A stretch of 64,000 bases of DNA from Octopus vulgaris. Its lineage: Eukaryota. The stretch is taken from NCBI GenBank assembly GCA_951406725.2, contig OX597827.1, forward strand, positions 9,238,001-9,302,000. Direction: 5' to 3'. Numbering within the stretch: position 1 is the stretch's first letter; every line of letters starts with the position of its first letter. The notes under the pieces are model-generated. The model was not told the DNA's origin and did not search any database. It worked only from the letters and a program-made list of their open reading frames with translations. The position numbers were made by a program, and so were the translations under genes. Below, piece by piece: positions 15,036 to 28,575 of this stretch.

Positions 15036-15852
15036 GATGGATTGGCTTTCTCTGTTATTTTTCAATCTTTTCCTTTCCTGTTCATTTATTCTTTTACTAG
15101 TTTTATTTGTAGAACTGGGGACATACTAGGACCAGTGCCACCCTCGTGAATATATTCGAATATATCAAATCCAGTTTCTTGACAAGTGGTTTATTATTTT
15201 ATTGACTTCATAAGAAACAAAAGCCGGAGTCGACTGCGTGGAATTTGATCTTAAAAACAACCACAACTGTTCTTCTAATTCAACCAACTCTTGACAAGCT
15301 GGAAGAAGTTATACAATAGAGAAATGCAATGAATTACCATTTAAACAACTACCAACGCTATAATTATGTTATGTAACTAAATAGTTTCACATTTTAGATT
15401 TACAGTCCATTAACAACTAATCATGAAGGTCAAACCTAGCAAAAGGAAGTTTACATTATCTAAAATTAGCTTCCATTTAATATTGGAATCAAGGTCATGG
15501 ATTTCATTTGCCTGGAACTTATCACAATACCACACTGCCTGTGAAGTTCTTAATAATATTAATGCTCCTATTACTGTTGGCACAATCACATCAGCTAAGA
15601 CTTTTGTCTTTGAAATAATATAATAAAGAAGTAGATTTTGCTCATGCTAAGAAAAGTTATCAGGCTATATTCAATATAAAAAGACTTAATTTACATTTTG
15701 TTCAGTAAGAAGCTTTGTGATTTAGAAAGGTAAATTATTGACAGCTCAAACAGGTAAGATAATCGTTAATCGAATCCTCTCCGAGTAAGAAAAATCTTTT
15801 GGGCTACTCAACTCCACTGAAGCATTTGATTTGAGTGTGAGTTATACTCTCT

Positions 15853-16343
15853 CTCTCTTTCTCTCTCTTTTACATGTTTCAGTCATTTGACTGCGGCCAT
15901 GCTGGAGCACCGCCTTTAGTCGAGCAAATCGACCCCGGGACTTATTCTTTTTGTAAGCCCAGTACTTATTCTATCGGTCTCTTTTGCCGAACCGCTAAGT
16001 GACGGGGATGTAAACACACCAGCATCGGTTGTCAAGCAATGCTAGGGGGACAAACACAGACACACAAACACACACACACACATACATATACATATATATA
16101 CGACAGGCTTCTTTCAGTTTCCGTCTATCAACACAGACACACAAACACACACACATACACATATATATATATACATATATACGACAGGCTTCTTTCAGTT
16201 TCCATCTACCAAATCCACTCACAAGGCATTGGTCGACCCGGGGGGCTATAGCAGAATACACTTGCCCAAGATGCCACGCAGTGGGACTGAACCCGGAACC
16301 ATGTGGTTGGTTAGCAAGCTACTTACCACACAGCCACTCCTGC
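15853..16343 (-). mobile_element. SINE family A with internal tandem duplication
   Basis: Near-consensus copy; the segment aacacagacac...cagtttcc is repeated at 16052 and 16130. Confidence 0.9.
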
Positions 16344-16528
16344 GTTCTCTAGATAGATGCAACACTCAAAAGAGATTGAACTCTGTGCTATTAGATATAA
16401 CTAAATTTCCTCATTGATTTCAGAATGCTGCAGTAGTTATCTACAGTAGTGAATTATACAATCCAGAGCGACGGCCACCTCATTGGTGTAATAATAAGTA
16501 ACATATTTGCCTGACGTGAGGCAGATAC

Positions 16529-16571
16529 ATGATTTGAGATCCTTGGGAAGATATGTTCGCTTTCCAGTCGA
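16529..16571 (-). CDS. Candidate internal exon (RLESEHIFPRISNH; may extend to a GC donor at 16511)
   Basis: Strong acceptor ttgtcttctattccttgcag|; phase-2 entry; both CAT|gtatct and CAG|gcaaat donors give phase 0, matching exon 14371. Confidence 0.45.
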
Positions 16572-16707
16572 CTGCAAGGAATAGAAGACAAATCTACTTG
16601 GAACAAAAAAAAAAAAATCTTCTTTATTTTACAAAAGAGATAAAGTATAGGAATATGTTATTCCTGATATACAAAGAGAAAACCTGAATGATCATAATTA
16701 AAATACA

Positions 16708-16742
<35 letters not shown>

Positions 16743-16748
16743 TAACTA

Positions 16749-16781
<33 letters not shown>

Positions 16782-16822
16782 TTACTACTACTACTACTAT
16801 TACCACCACCACCACCACCACC

Positions 16823-16895
<73 letters not shown>

Positions 16896-17235
16896 TTACT
16901 ACTACTACTACTACTACTACAGATAATAATGACACTGAACACTAGACCCATATGAGATGATTATGGCTGGAATACCTTTGGTCATAGGGCTGCTCAGTTT
17001 GAGTTGACTTGGGCCAAAAGCAATAGTACTACAAATAAACAAACAAGACAAAAACACCACTAACAATAAGTTGAAATATTAAAAGAGACATCACAGAGAT
17101 ATTGTGTTCCTTAGTCTGAAATGGTTAAGGAAAGAGATGGTATGATAAGACTGTGGTGGTTGTCTATGCATACAAATAAATTTCAACCAGGCAGCAATTT
17201 CTAGTGACAAACAGAGCAAACTTTAAATATAACTA

Positions 17236-17613
17236 CACTACCGTCAGAAATTAATTAGCACCCTTGATTTGCTCTTCACTCAAGGTATGTGCTGTCACCT
17301 AGTGGCCATATCTCGAACTATTGCTTTGTTGCGAGTTCACTGTTGCGCAGAACGATGACGTAACTTTGTTTGCAGAGCAGGTTGAGAGTCTACAGCCTTA
17401 TGATGTTGACATAGCAGTGCAACAACAACTTGGAGTGCAGATGCAGACAAATTCCTTTGTTTAATAGATATAGGTAGCGCCTCGCAAGGACTGAAATCAC
17501 ACCATACTAAGTTTTCTCATCGCGTAAGACGTTTTGAACAGCTCATAGGTTAATTGATTTAACCTATTTAATGTAGAAATTTGAGAAGTGCTAATTAATT
17601 TCTGACGCAAGTG
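17236..17613. mobile_element. Non-autonomous Tc1/mariner-type MITE
   Basis: TIRs cactaccgtcagaaattaattagcac / gtgctaattaatttctgacgcaagtg (3 mismatches), with TA on both sides. Confidence 0.85.
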
Positions 17614-17718
17614 TATATACCTTAACTGGAATGCCACGTCTTATAGACGATCACATATGAACAAAAGAAATAATATTAAACACTACATATAAATCATACA
17701 TATTAAATATATATATAT

Positions 17719-17772
<54 letters not shown>

Positions 17773-17774
<2 letters not shown>

Positions 17775-19262
17775 TCATCATCATCATTTAGCGTCTGCTT
17801 TCCATGCTAGCATGGGTTGGACGGTTCAACTGGGGTCTGGGAAGCCAGAAGTCTGCACCAGGCCCAGTCTGATCTGGCAATGTTTCTATGGCTGGATGCC
17901 CTTCCTAATGCCAACCACTCTGTGAGTGTAGTGGGTGCTTTTTACGTGCCACCAGCATATATGTATATATTATATATATATATGTATGTATATATAGATG
18001 CATGTATATATTATATATATATGTGTGTGTATAAATATATCATCATCATCATCATCATCATTTAGCGTCCGTTTTCCATGCTAGCATGGGTTGGACGGTT
18101 CAACTGGGGTCTGGGGAGCCCGAAGGCTGCACCAGGCCAGTCAGATCTGGCAGTGTTTCTACAGCTGGATGCCCTTCCTAACGCCAACCACTCCGAGAGT
18201 GTAGTGGGTGATTTTATGTGCCACCGACACAGGTGCCAGACGAGGCTGGCGAACGGCCACGCTCGGATGGTGTTTTTATGTGCCACCGACACAGGTGCCA
18301 GACGAGGCTGGCAGACGGCCACGCTCGGATGGTGTTTTTATGTGCCACCGACACAGGTGCCAGATGAGGCTGGCGGACGGCCACGATCGGATGGTGTTTG
18401 TTACGTCCCCAAAGCACGGAGGCCAGTCTATGCGGTACTGGCTACGGCCACGTTCGGATGATTTCCTTGTGTGCCACCGGCACTGGTACCACAAAGATAC
18501 AAATTCCATTGATGTTCATCTATTTTGATTTGTTTTGATTTGATTTGATTTGATTTTCACTTGCCTCAACAGGTCTTCACAAGTGTCACAAGAAGGAAGG
18601 TATGCACAGGTGGACTGACTACGTCCCAGGTAGGGGCCACGGGTTATGGCCTGACTAGTCTTGCCGGGTCTTCGGATGGTGTTTTTATGTGCCACCGACA
18701 CAGGTGCCAGATGAGGCTGGCGAACGGCCACGATCGGATGGTGTTTGTTGCGTGCCCACAGCACGGAGGCCAGTCGATGCGGTACTGGCTACGGCCACGT
18801 TCGGTTGGTTTTCTTGTGTGCCACCGGCACTGGTACCACAAGATACAAATTCCATTGATGTTCATCTATTTTGATTTGATTTGATTTGATTTTTGATTTT
18901 CACTTGCCTCAACAGGTCTTCACAGGTCTTCACAAGTGTCACAAGAAGGAAGGAAGGTATGCACAGGTGGACTGACTACGTCCCAAGTAGGGGCCATGGG
19001 TTATGGCCTGACTAGTCTTGCCGGGTCTTCGGTTGGTGTTTTTATGTGCCACCGACACAGGTGCCAGATGAGGCTGGCGGACGGCCACGATCGGATGGTG
19101 TTTGTTATGTGCCCACATCACAGAGGCCAGTCGATGCGGTACTGGCTACGGCCACATTCGGATGGTTTTCTTGTGTGCCACCGGTACTGGTACCACAAAG
19201 ATACAAATTCCATTGATGTTCATCTATTTTGATTTGGTTTGATTTGATTTGATTTGATTTTA
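17773..19262 (-). mobile_element. RTE LINE 3'-UTR fragments, tandemly amplified
   Basis: (cat)n tails at 17773 and 18040 and the ccatgctagcatgg stem match the 3' end of the RTE at 50140-53078; internal 62-bp and ~350-bp tandem units. Confidence 0.85.
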
Positions 19263-19329
19263 TTTATGTGTGTGGAGGCGCAATGGCCCAGTGGTTAGGG
19301 CAGCGGACTCGCGGTCGTAGCATCTCTCA

Positions 19330-20125
19330 TGCTGCTCTTTGCACCTTATATACTGAACTTGTGTGCATTAATGAAACTCTAAGTCATGTGGAGGTGATTC
19401 AAACTGTATAATTTCAAAATCAAAGCTGCCCTCTCTAGGTACTTAGCATGTATGGAAGTGTGCCCACCACTCCTAATCTTGTATTTTTTCTACAGATTGG
19501 TTTTTTTAAAAACTTATAGTCAGACCAAAGACATCACATACAGCAGAAAATTTATTGAAAATACCTAAGCAGATTTTTATGGGGTGGGGTTACAATTTGG
19601 GAAATGCCCACAGCATACCCCAAAGAAATGGTACAGAGACTGTATTCATGACAATCTAGTGAAACTGATAATAGATTTTAAAATTCTAGAATACAAAAGT
19701 GACTGATAGAAATGAATGGAGGTCTCTAGTAAAGGAAATTATTGCTAGATTTGTGCTAGTCAAAGGATAACATGTACAGTTAAAGAATACTTTGAGAAAG
19801 GGAAGTATCATTAATGCATTACTTGATATTAAGCCCTGGAAAGACAGTTTTGAGAGTGACATGCCCCATAAAAAGCTGGCTATATAAGCCACATGAAATT
19901 ATGCAGTAGTTCGCAAAATTGAGATGCATCAACAATGAATTGCTTGCTTTTTATGAGAACAACACCTGTGTTGTATAAGTGATAATCTGTCAGAGTAAAT
20001 CTGATTTGAAATGGCACATGAAAGGGCATAAGATTACCATACCACAAGTAACCTATAAAAAATCCTGTAGAAATTTTGAGTCTTCGGTCAAGTGCTGGTC
20101 TTAAAAGAAACCTCAGAGCACATAA
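19330..20125 (+). mobile_element. Heavily degraded RTE ORF2 C-terminus with C2H2-like fingers
   Basis: Residual translations KIPKQIF..G, PKKWYRDC, DRNEWRSLVK, and SKSDLKWHMKGH / SAGLKRNLRAH; many frameshifts. Confidence 0.55.
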
Positions 20126-20257
20126 TGGGGATTATCGCAATGATGCAGATAAACTGAGATTTAAGATTAATTTTGCATAATCTTTCAGTAGACATTACTT
20201 CATCAGAAGTTTAATAAAAAAAAAAATGCTGTTGTTTGATTTTATAATAGTATAAAA

Positions 20258-20904
20258 CACTGGTTCTCAACTGGGGTCCACATTACCGTTTGGGGGTCCG
20301 TATAAGATTTTGTTGCTAATAAATTGCTCATACTTCTACTATTTTTTTTATTCATTTATTCTTTTACTTGTTTCTGTCATTTGACTGCGGCCATGCTGGA
20401 GCACCACCTTGAAGAGTTTTAGTCAAAAAAAATCAACCCCATGACTCATTCTTTGCAAGCTTAGTACCTATTTTATCACACTCTTTTGCTGAACTGCTAA
20501 GTTACAGGGATGTAAACACCCAACATCGGCTGTCAAGTGATAGTGGGGGTACAAACACAAACACAAAGACACACACACGCATAAATATATACATATATAT
20601 ATATATACAACGGGCTTCTTTCAGTTTCCGTTTACCAAATCCACTCTCAAGGCTTTGCTTGGCCCTGCCCAAGATGCCATGCAGTGGAACTAAATCCAGA
20701 ACCATGTGGTAGGGAAGCATGCTTTTTACCACACAGCCATACCTGTATACAAAATATCTTAACAAATTTTTAATACAATTTCTAATAATATTTAATTATA
20801 AAAATATAAGAATTTTTTAAGCACTGAATGGCTGTGAAGGTCCATCCAAGCAAAAGAGGAACCAAAGGGGGTGTCCACAGGTGAAAAATGGTTGAGAATC
20901 ACAA
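20258..20904. mobile_element. hAT-type MITE interrupted by a SINE A copy (20363-20745, minus)
   Basis: Ends cactggttctcaac / gttgagaatcac resemble the CAGTGGTTCTCAA termini of hAT-Charlie-type MITEs. Confidence 0.6.
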
Positions 20905-20921
20905 GTCTTGGAGTTTATAAT

Positions 20922-21275
20922 ATAATGAAATTATTGTATACAGTGCTCAGACGCACCACAACTTGTCAAAAGTGCGTATAAAGCATATGCAGTCATGTAC
21001 AAATGTCTGGAAAGTGAACAGTGTATGAGTCAGATACATGCTTGCGTGTGTATGGATGAGAGAAAATCAGGTGTAGTGTTGGCGAATCTCAGGAAGCATG
21101 GAAGTTTTGAAGGATGCAGTGCTCCGACAACTAACAACTGATGCCGGCAGTTTGTTACATGCTTCAGCAACTCTTAGCATGAAAAAATGTTTCCTAAAGT
21201 CATGGGAGCTGTGCTGTATTCTGACTTTGTAAACATATCCACGGGTGTTAGACAGGTGGAGTTTGAAAAGAGATA
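20922..21275 (-). mobile_element. CR1-clade LINE 3' fragment
   Basis: NTRGYVYKVR...RKHFFMLRVAEACNKLPASVV...SFK matches the CR1 ORF2 C-terminal TRGH/FF.RV..WN.LP motif; the same 3' tail recurs at ~47850. Confidence 0.8.
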
Positions 21276-21289
21276 TAAAGATTGCAAAC

Positions 21290-21900
21290 ATACAGGACAT
21301 AATGCTTAGCTTGGATCTAAAAGAGTTAGATATAAGTGGATTTATACATCTTGTTCTAAGTGCAAGCCTTCACTTGTACAGATATGTGGGTAATATGATG
21401 CATACAACATATGACAATTTGGTGATAAGAGCACGGCTGTGAAAGACATTGGAAGAAGCACTGATATCCGATTGCAAGGTGCTGGTCCTCACAAATGACA
21501 TGGTTAAAGAACCCTCAAAATGGTTAGATGTACAGGACAAGATCCACGGAATCATGTCAACATGGATGTTATTATGTATGTATGCGTGTGTGTGTGTGTG
21601 TGTGCGTGTGTGTGTGTGCGTGTGTGTGCAAGTGTGCATGCTTGTGTGTAGTGATACAGTGCAAAGAAAAAGACATTGGATGAAGAACTGATATCTGATT
21701 GCAAGGTGTTGGTCCTGACAAATGACATGGTTAAAGTACCCTCAAAATGGTTAGACGTACAGGACAAGACCCATGGAATCATGTCAACATGGACATTATT
21801 ATGTATGCATGTTTACGTGTGTGTATGTGTGTGCGTGTGTGTATGCGTGTGTGCGAGCGTGTGTGTGTGTGTGCTTGTGTGTAGTGATATAGTGCATAGA
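21290..21900 (+). mobile_element. Old RTE ORF2 3' end, tandemly duplicated (~230-bp unit)
   Basis: KTLDEELISDCKVLVLTNDMVK..KW aligns with RKTWDEVV...LGLTKEMTSDRDL of the RTE at 52350; units start at ~21441 and ~21668. Confidence 0.6.
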
Positions 21901-22070
21901 AAAAGGGGAACTCGAAATAAGTTGAAGAGTTCATTTATGCATTTATTGGAAGTTTCAATTTCCAGTAACTTAATATAATATATAAACACACACATACACA
22001 CATGCACACACACAGATGAATATATGCATGATTATGGTAATTGGGTAAATTTAAATACTGTATGTATAAA

Positions 22071-23293
22071 TAGGGAGGCTAGTCTGTACAAACATGAATT
22101 CACAATTATTGATACAAATACACATAACACCAGCAAACATCCACGAACATACCAACATACATCCATATATGCATACATACACGCACACACATATATATTA
22201 ATATGTAAATGTATGTACACACACACACATAGAAAAATACGCACACATGTATATATGTGTGTGTGTATGTGTGTATGCATATAAATATGTAAATACATAC
22301 ATATACTCACAAGCATTGTGTAATATTATAAATTTAAGTGCTGTGTGAATTCACTGCTGTGAATGGTACGTTCATAAATACACAAACTATTCATATAAAT
22401 GGATATTAAACACACCAATATACACATATATGCATATACACCCACTATTTGTATACATTTGCATTTGCAAGTTTGATAAATATGACAGTATCATTTGACT
22501 GGTGGTCAAGGGATTACTTGTCCAAAGCTAGCCATGACACATACATTCACTCAGTGTCTGTTCATTAACTAATGCATACAATTTAGTGAAAGATCTCAGT
22601 CTAAATATTGCAGATACCTTTAACTTTGGAATTTTACAAAATTACACAATGGAACAAAATCAATTACAATTGATTTCTTAAATAGATTTGTGTTTGAGAG
22701 AGAGAGAGTTTTTGCTCTTGAGTTAATAAGTTTCATTTGTAAAAACAGCAAATTGGAGACAAATGTGTGAGTTAATTAGGAGAGTAATTAAGTGTTTTTG
22801 TACATCAAGAATGGTTTGTTCTATTTTTTCTTTGTTTAGCCAGATGTTTCTGAGTTCTGTCCCCCTGCATGATATCTAGGGCAAGTGTTTGCTACTACAG
22901 CATGGACCAACCAAATTCTGAGTGGATTTGGTAGACAGAAACTGAAAGAAGCCCAAAGCGTGTGTATATATATATATATATATATAGGGAGAGTTTACAA
23001 AAAAAAACAACAGACAAAGACAGGTGGTGTACAAAACAAACAGATGTATTAGTATAATGCTCAGGAATAGAAAAAGTCTTTTATGTTTCGAGCCTACACT
23101 CTTCTACAGAAAGGGACACAAAGAGAAACAAAGAGAGAAAAAAAGGAGAGAAAAAAATGTGTGTAGTGGCTAACGATCTATCATGGTGACTGATATATAT
23201 ATATATAATTTTTGAATATATATAGTTGCTGGTGTTAGGTGTACTTGTATCAATAATTGTGAATTCATGTTTGTACAGACTAGCCTCCCTATA
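22071..23293. repeat. ~68-bp inverted repeat pair (22071-22138 / 23225-23293)
   Basis: tagggaggctagtctgtacaaacatgaattcacaattattgataca... and its reverse complement, with about 3 differences. Confidence 0.9.
22985..23195 (-). mobile_element. Penelope-like pLTR fragment with degenerate hammerhead motif
   Basis: Minus strand cttt-CTGTAGA-agagtgtaggctc-GAAAC-ata-aaag; sits within (TA)n. Confidence 0.6.
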
Positions 23294-23494
23294 TCTTCAT
23301 GTTTGTTATTTTATAATAATTACTGGTATCCTTATATATTACTATATTTTATATCTTATATGTAAAGCATAATATGTTATGTATGTATGTATATTTTTGT
23401 AATTATCAGTTTAATAAATAAATGAATAAGTTAACATAATATAATGTCTAAAAGTTGATGAACCACCTATTGATCTCCTCCATTTTCTTATTGC

Positions 23495-23553
<59 letters not shown>

Positions 23554-23892
23554 TTATGTCTGTCTGATCCTTTTGTTTCTCCTACACCACGGTTTTAAAA
23601 CTAGTTTGGATTGTTTACATCCTTGTAACTTAGCAGTTCAGTATAAGGAGACTGATAGAATAAATATCAGGCTTAAAAAAATTAAAAGTAAGTACTGGGG
23701 TCCACTCATTTGACTAAAATCAGTCAGAGCATTGCTCCAGCATGGCTGTAGTTCAATGACTGGAATAAGTAAAAGGTAAAAAGAAATCTTGGCACATTAA
23801 GCAATCCTCAGTCAAATTATTTTACTTTGCAGTAAATTTAGGAGTCACCATTTCTAAATACCTGAGTTTTTTTGTTTGTATTATAAGAAACA

Positions 23893-24552
23893 TCATCCTC
23901 ATCATCATGATTTAACGTCCGTTTTCCGTGCTAGCATGGGTTGGGCGGTTTGACCGGGGTCTGGGAAGCCAGGAGGCTGCACCAGGCTCCAGTTTGATCT
24001 GGCAGTGTTTCTACAGCTGGATGCCTTTCCTAATGCCAACCACTCCGTGAGTGTAGTGGGTGCTTTTTACGTGCCAGGCGAGGCTGGCAGTGGCCACGAT
24101 CAGTTGGTGCTTTTTACGTTCCACTGACACAGAAGCCAGTCAAGGCGGCACTGGCATCGGCCACTTTCAGATGATGCTTTTTACGAGCCACCGGCACAGG
24201 TATCATAACAACAATTTCCATCTGATATTTATTTTGATGTTGATGTACTTGACTCAATAGGTCTCCTCATGCACAGCAGGTCACCCTACAATCCAAGGTA
24301 AGCACAGCAGGTCACCCTACAATCCAAGGTAAGCACAGCAGGTCATTCTGCAATCCAAGTTTACTTTGGATGGGCTGGGGCTATGCGAAACTGGTGCAGG
24401 AGCAGCCATGAACTCACGTCATTTGTCAGGTCTTTGCAGTCACAGCATATCTCCAGAGGTCTCGGTCTTTCGTCATTGCCTCTGTGAGGCCCAACGTTCG
24501 AAGGTGATGCTTGACTACCTCATCCCATGTCTTCCTGGGTCTACCTCTACTT
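23893..24552 (-). mobile_element. 5'-truncated RTE LINE (ORF2 end plus 3' UTR)
   Basis: RGRPRKTWDEVVKHHLRTLGLTEAMTKDRDLWRYAV, then the UTR and (gat)n tail; includes a ~31-bp tandem triplication at 24271-24360. Confidence 0.9.
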
Positions 24553-24927
24553 GTTAATTTGAAAACCACTTCTTAATGCTCTCTGTCTTATACATATTTC
24601 AATCTATATTCTGTTTATGAACAAGGATATGGCCTGCCTCTAATGATGACAGTTGCATAATATAGCTTTGCTCATTTGTTCCTGTTAGAAATGCATGCCT
24701 GCCTCTTTAGGTTAATGACTGGCAGTTAACATGTTGATAAGCATGAGTAAGTTACTGTTTTAGTGTGAAAATAAGCTTAAGAATCAGACGTTTAATTTAT
24801 GAACCCCCTGCTACAGATATTTTTGGTCTATTTGCTTCTTTTATAAAACCTCTACGTATGAAATATTTCTTACATATACATATATATATATGTACACGCA
24901 CACACACACACATGTGTGCATATGTGC

Positions 24928-24980
<53 letters not shown>

Positions 24981-24982
<2 letters not shown>

Positions 24983-25270
24983 GAGGCACAATGGCCTAGT
25001 GGTTAGGGCAGCGGACATGTGGTCGTAGAATCGCGGTTTCGATTCCCAGACTGTGCGTTGTGAGTGTTTATTGAGCGAAAACACCTAAAGCTCCATGAGG
25101 CTGTACTCTGGCGATCCTAGCTGTACTCTTTCGCCACAACTTTCTCTCACTCTTTCTTCTGTTGGCCTGCTCGCTTAGCCTGAGGGGTGGCATCATTTGA
25201 AAGCTAAGACAATGCAAAGCGCATTGTGACCAGCGATGTGTAGCAACATCTGATAGCCTGGTCGGTCACG

Positions 25271-25273
<3 letters not shown>
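24981..25273 (+). mobile_element. SINE family B variant
   Basis: gaggcacaatggcctagtggttagggcagcggac...ggtttcgattccc tRNA-like head; 3' part differs from copies at 39112 and 42138. Confidence 0.8.
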
Positions 25274-25326
<53 letters not shown>

Positions 25327-25346
25327 CATACATACATACAAGGTAC

Positions 25347-25765
25347 AAGGTGGCAAGCTGGCAGAAACGTTACGATGCCGGGCGAAATGCGTAGCCATAT
25401 TTCGTCTGCCATTATGTTCTGAGTTCAAATTCCACTAAGGTCGACTTTGCCTTTCATCCTTTCAGGGGTCGATAAATAAAGTACCAGTTACGCACTGGGT
25501 CAATGTAATCGACTTAATCCCTTTGTCTGTCTTTGTTTTGTCCTCTCTGTGTTTAGCCCCTTGTGGGTAGTAAAGAAATAGGTATTTCATCTGCTGTTAT
25601 GTTCTGAGTTCAAATTCTGCTGAGGTCGACTTTGCCCTTCATCCTTTCAGGGTCCATAAATTAAGTACCAGTTACGCACTGGGGTCGATGTAATCAACTT
25701 AATCCCTTTGTCTGTCCTTGTTTGTCCCCTCTGTGTTTAGCCCCTTGTGGGCAATAAAGAAATAA
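25347..25765 (+). mobile_element. SINE family C, partial tandem dimer
   Basis: Full copy followed by a 5'-truncated second unit starting at ggtatttcatctgc (25581). Confidence 0.9.
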
Positions 25766-26333
25766 CATATTATTGTTTTGATTTTTGCTCTTCAAAGTGT
25801 GCGTGAGGATTTATATATTGCACACATGAATGTATATATATATATATGTGTGTGTGTGTGCGTGTGTATAAATTTATGCATCTCTGACTACACATGATTG
25901 TTTGTTCACATATGTCTTTTTATTATGATGTACAATTCCTTGTTTCTGCCTTCTCTTTAATTCCAGCATAATTACGCACGAATGTATATTTGTTTGTGTG
26001 TTTATATACATACCTCATGCTATACATTTATCTTAATATTGTATGATTAGTTTCACTTGTATGATTCATGTCTAAGTGTATACATACCTGTACCTACATT
26101 CTATTTGTTTATGTATGTGCGTGTCTACAGCTGTACTTGATATTATACTTTTATGTTCGATATCGTGCAATCGTATTTGTTTGTACAATTTATGCCTTAA
26201 GTATATATATACGTACCTGTAGCTATATCTATTTATTTATTTATTTGTATGTGTGTGTGACAAGTCTGCTAATAAATATTCATGTTTGGGCCATGTGTAT
26301 ATCTGGTTTTATATATATATATATACATATACA

Positions 26334-26430
<97 letters not shown>

Positions 26431-26435
26431 ATGTG

Positions 26436-26488
<53 letters not shown>

Positions 26489-26546
26489 GCATATATATGT
26501 ATGTATATATATACATACATACATACATACATATATATATACATAC

Positions 26547-26622
<76 letters not shown>

Positions 26623-27241
26623 GTATGTATATATATACCTATATATGCATGTATGTGTATGCATTTGTTTTTTCAATATATCTATATATTTATATTCAGT
26701 ATGCCTATGATCGCATGTATGTAGATGTATGTTTAGTATCCATACATCAACATAGTTTCTCTTTTTTTTCTTTTTGCATGAAAGCTAGTGTATCCATACT
26801 TGTATACATACTAGTAACCCTCACCTGTCACCTTACTTTGTCCTTTTCTCATTTGCTTTTCTTTTTTCTTCCCCCCCCCTCTCTTTGCTCTTCCCTGGTT
26901 TTCTCTGTTATGGTTTCATTACTCCTTTTTATCTCTCATCAGAAATCAACATCCCAGCTTCAACACAATGGCTGCTTAGCATTGATACCACGTATACATT
27001 AACGAGATTATTATCTGCTGTAGACTCTACAGTAATTTGCATATGTTGATGAGAAAAGGAGATCACATCCCTATCTATTTTGCTTGAGTAATCGGTGAGT
27101 AAGACACATCATTGATTCTTAACCAATTCCAATCTTCACTCTCATTTTTTTACCCCTTTTTCTACTAGCCCAGTTTTGCATTCTTCTCTACAGCAGATTA
27201 TTTTTCACTAAAAATGTCACATGAACACGAGGAGAAAACCC

Positions 27242-27462
27242 TACTCTTACAGACATTTGTAATGTTGCATAACATACAGCTGATGTTCTTTTGAAACAGC
27301 TGTAGATCTCAACGACTTTTTCAATTCCTTCTATTTACAGATTTGAATATTACATTACAAGTAACAATTTTTGCTTCTGAGATGCAGTTGTATAGCACTT
27401 AACATCTTAGCAGTTTCTTCCTAATCTTAATACGGGACGAACTATATCTGATTAATAAATTT
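27242..27462 (-). repeat. ~220-bp direct repeat (second copy 29712-29933), degraded RTE-like ORF2
   Basis: Near-identical copies 2.47 kb apart; minus-strand translation IKIRKKLLRC.VL resembles the RTE post-RT region. Confidence 0.75.
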
Positions 27463-27593
27463 TGTTGATCAATAATAGAGTCCTCTGTGTTCTTGATACA
27501 AGCCATGTTCATGCTAGAGACTAACAAACTGTGTTTTACCATGATCACTTCACAGATCCTTCTACATTATTATTATCATCATTATTATTATTA

Positions 27594-27652
<59 letters not shown>

Positions 27653-27655
<3 letters not shown>

Positions 27656-28027
27656 TAGTTTTATTTTTATAGTGTGCTTTCACTTCACTACCGAGTGCAG
27701 CTCTGTGTGCTTTGGGTATGTGCTGTGATTTGTTGTGATGATCGGTTGGTTACTGTATTGAAAGTGTTCTGCATAGGATGTGTGCAGTGCCCAGTAGTGC
27801 AATTTTCTGTATGTTATATGTGTTTGTAAGTCCTGGTGTTTTTGTTATGTATTTGTCTGAATATTTTTTTATCATGCCTAATGCACCTACTATGATAGGA
27901 ATTGTTTCTGTTTTCAGGTTCCACATTCTAGTTACCTCTATTTCCAGGTCTTTGTATTTTGAAAGTTTCTCCATTTCTTTTAGAGACACGTTGTCATCTG
28001 CCGGTATTGATACATCAATTAGAAAGC
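27653..28027 (-). mobile_element. Dong/R4-clade non-LTR retrotransposon 3' fragment (restriction-like endonuclease end)
   Basis: CFLIDVSIPADDNVSLKEMEKLSKYKDLEIEVTRMWNLKTETIPIIVGALG...IQKIALLGTAHIL; (TAA)n on both sides. Confidence 0.85.
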
Positions 28028-28043
28028 ATTATTATTATTATTG

Positions 28044-28117
<74 letters not shown>

Positions 28118-28130
28118 GTTGTTGTTGTTA

Positions 28131-28200
<70 letters not shown>

Positions 28201-28223
28201 CAGTGTTATTATTATTATTATTA

Positions 28224-28275
<52 letters not shown>

Positions 28276-28287
28276 CATTGTTATTAT

Positions 28288-28336
<49 letters not shown>

Positions 28337-28349
28337 GTTGTTGTTGTTA

Positions 28350-28422
<73 letters not shown>

Positions 28423-28445
28423 CAGTGTTATTATTATTATTATTA

Positions 28446-28503
<58 letters not shown>

Positions 28504-28515
28504 CATTGTTATTAT

Positions 28516-28572
<57 letters not shown>

Positions 28573-28575
28573 TAT
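28028..28575. repeat. (TTA)n array with higher-order ~220-bp duplication
   Basis: The interruptions tgttgttgttgttattttt, cagtgtt and cattgtt recur in the same order twice. Confidence 0.9.

Noticed and set aside
18212-19262. Regularly spaced repeats resembling a CRISPR array
   Set aside because: The units are contiguous tandem copies with no unique spacers, derive from the RTE 3' UTR, and have no cas genes; the context is eukaryotic.
26943-27093. Plus-strand exon-like segment (tctcatcag acceptor, gtgagt donor)
   Set aside because: Stops in all three frames and no partner exons identified; cannot be supported without RNA data.
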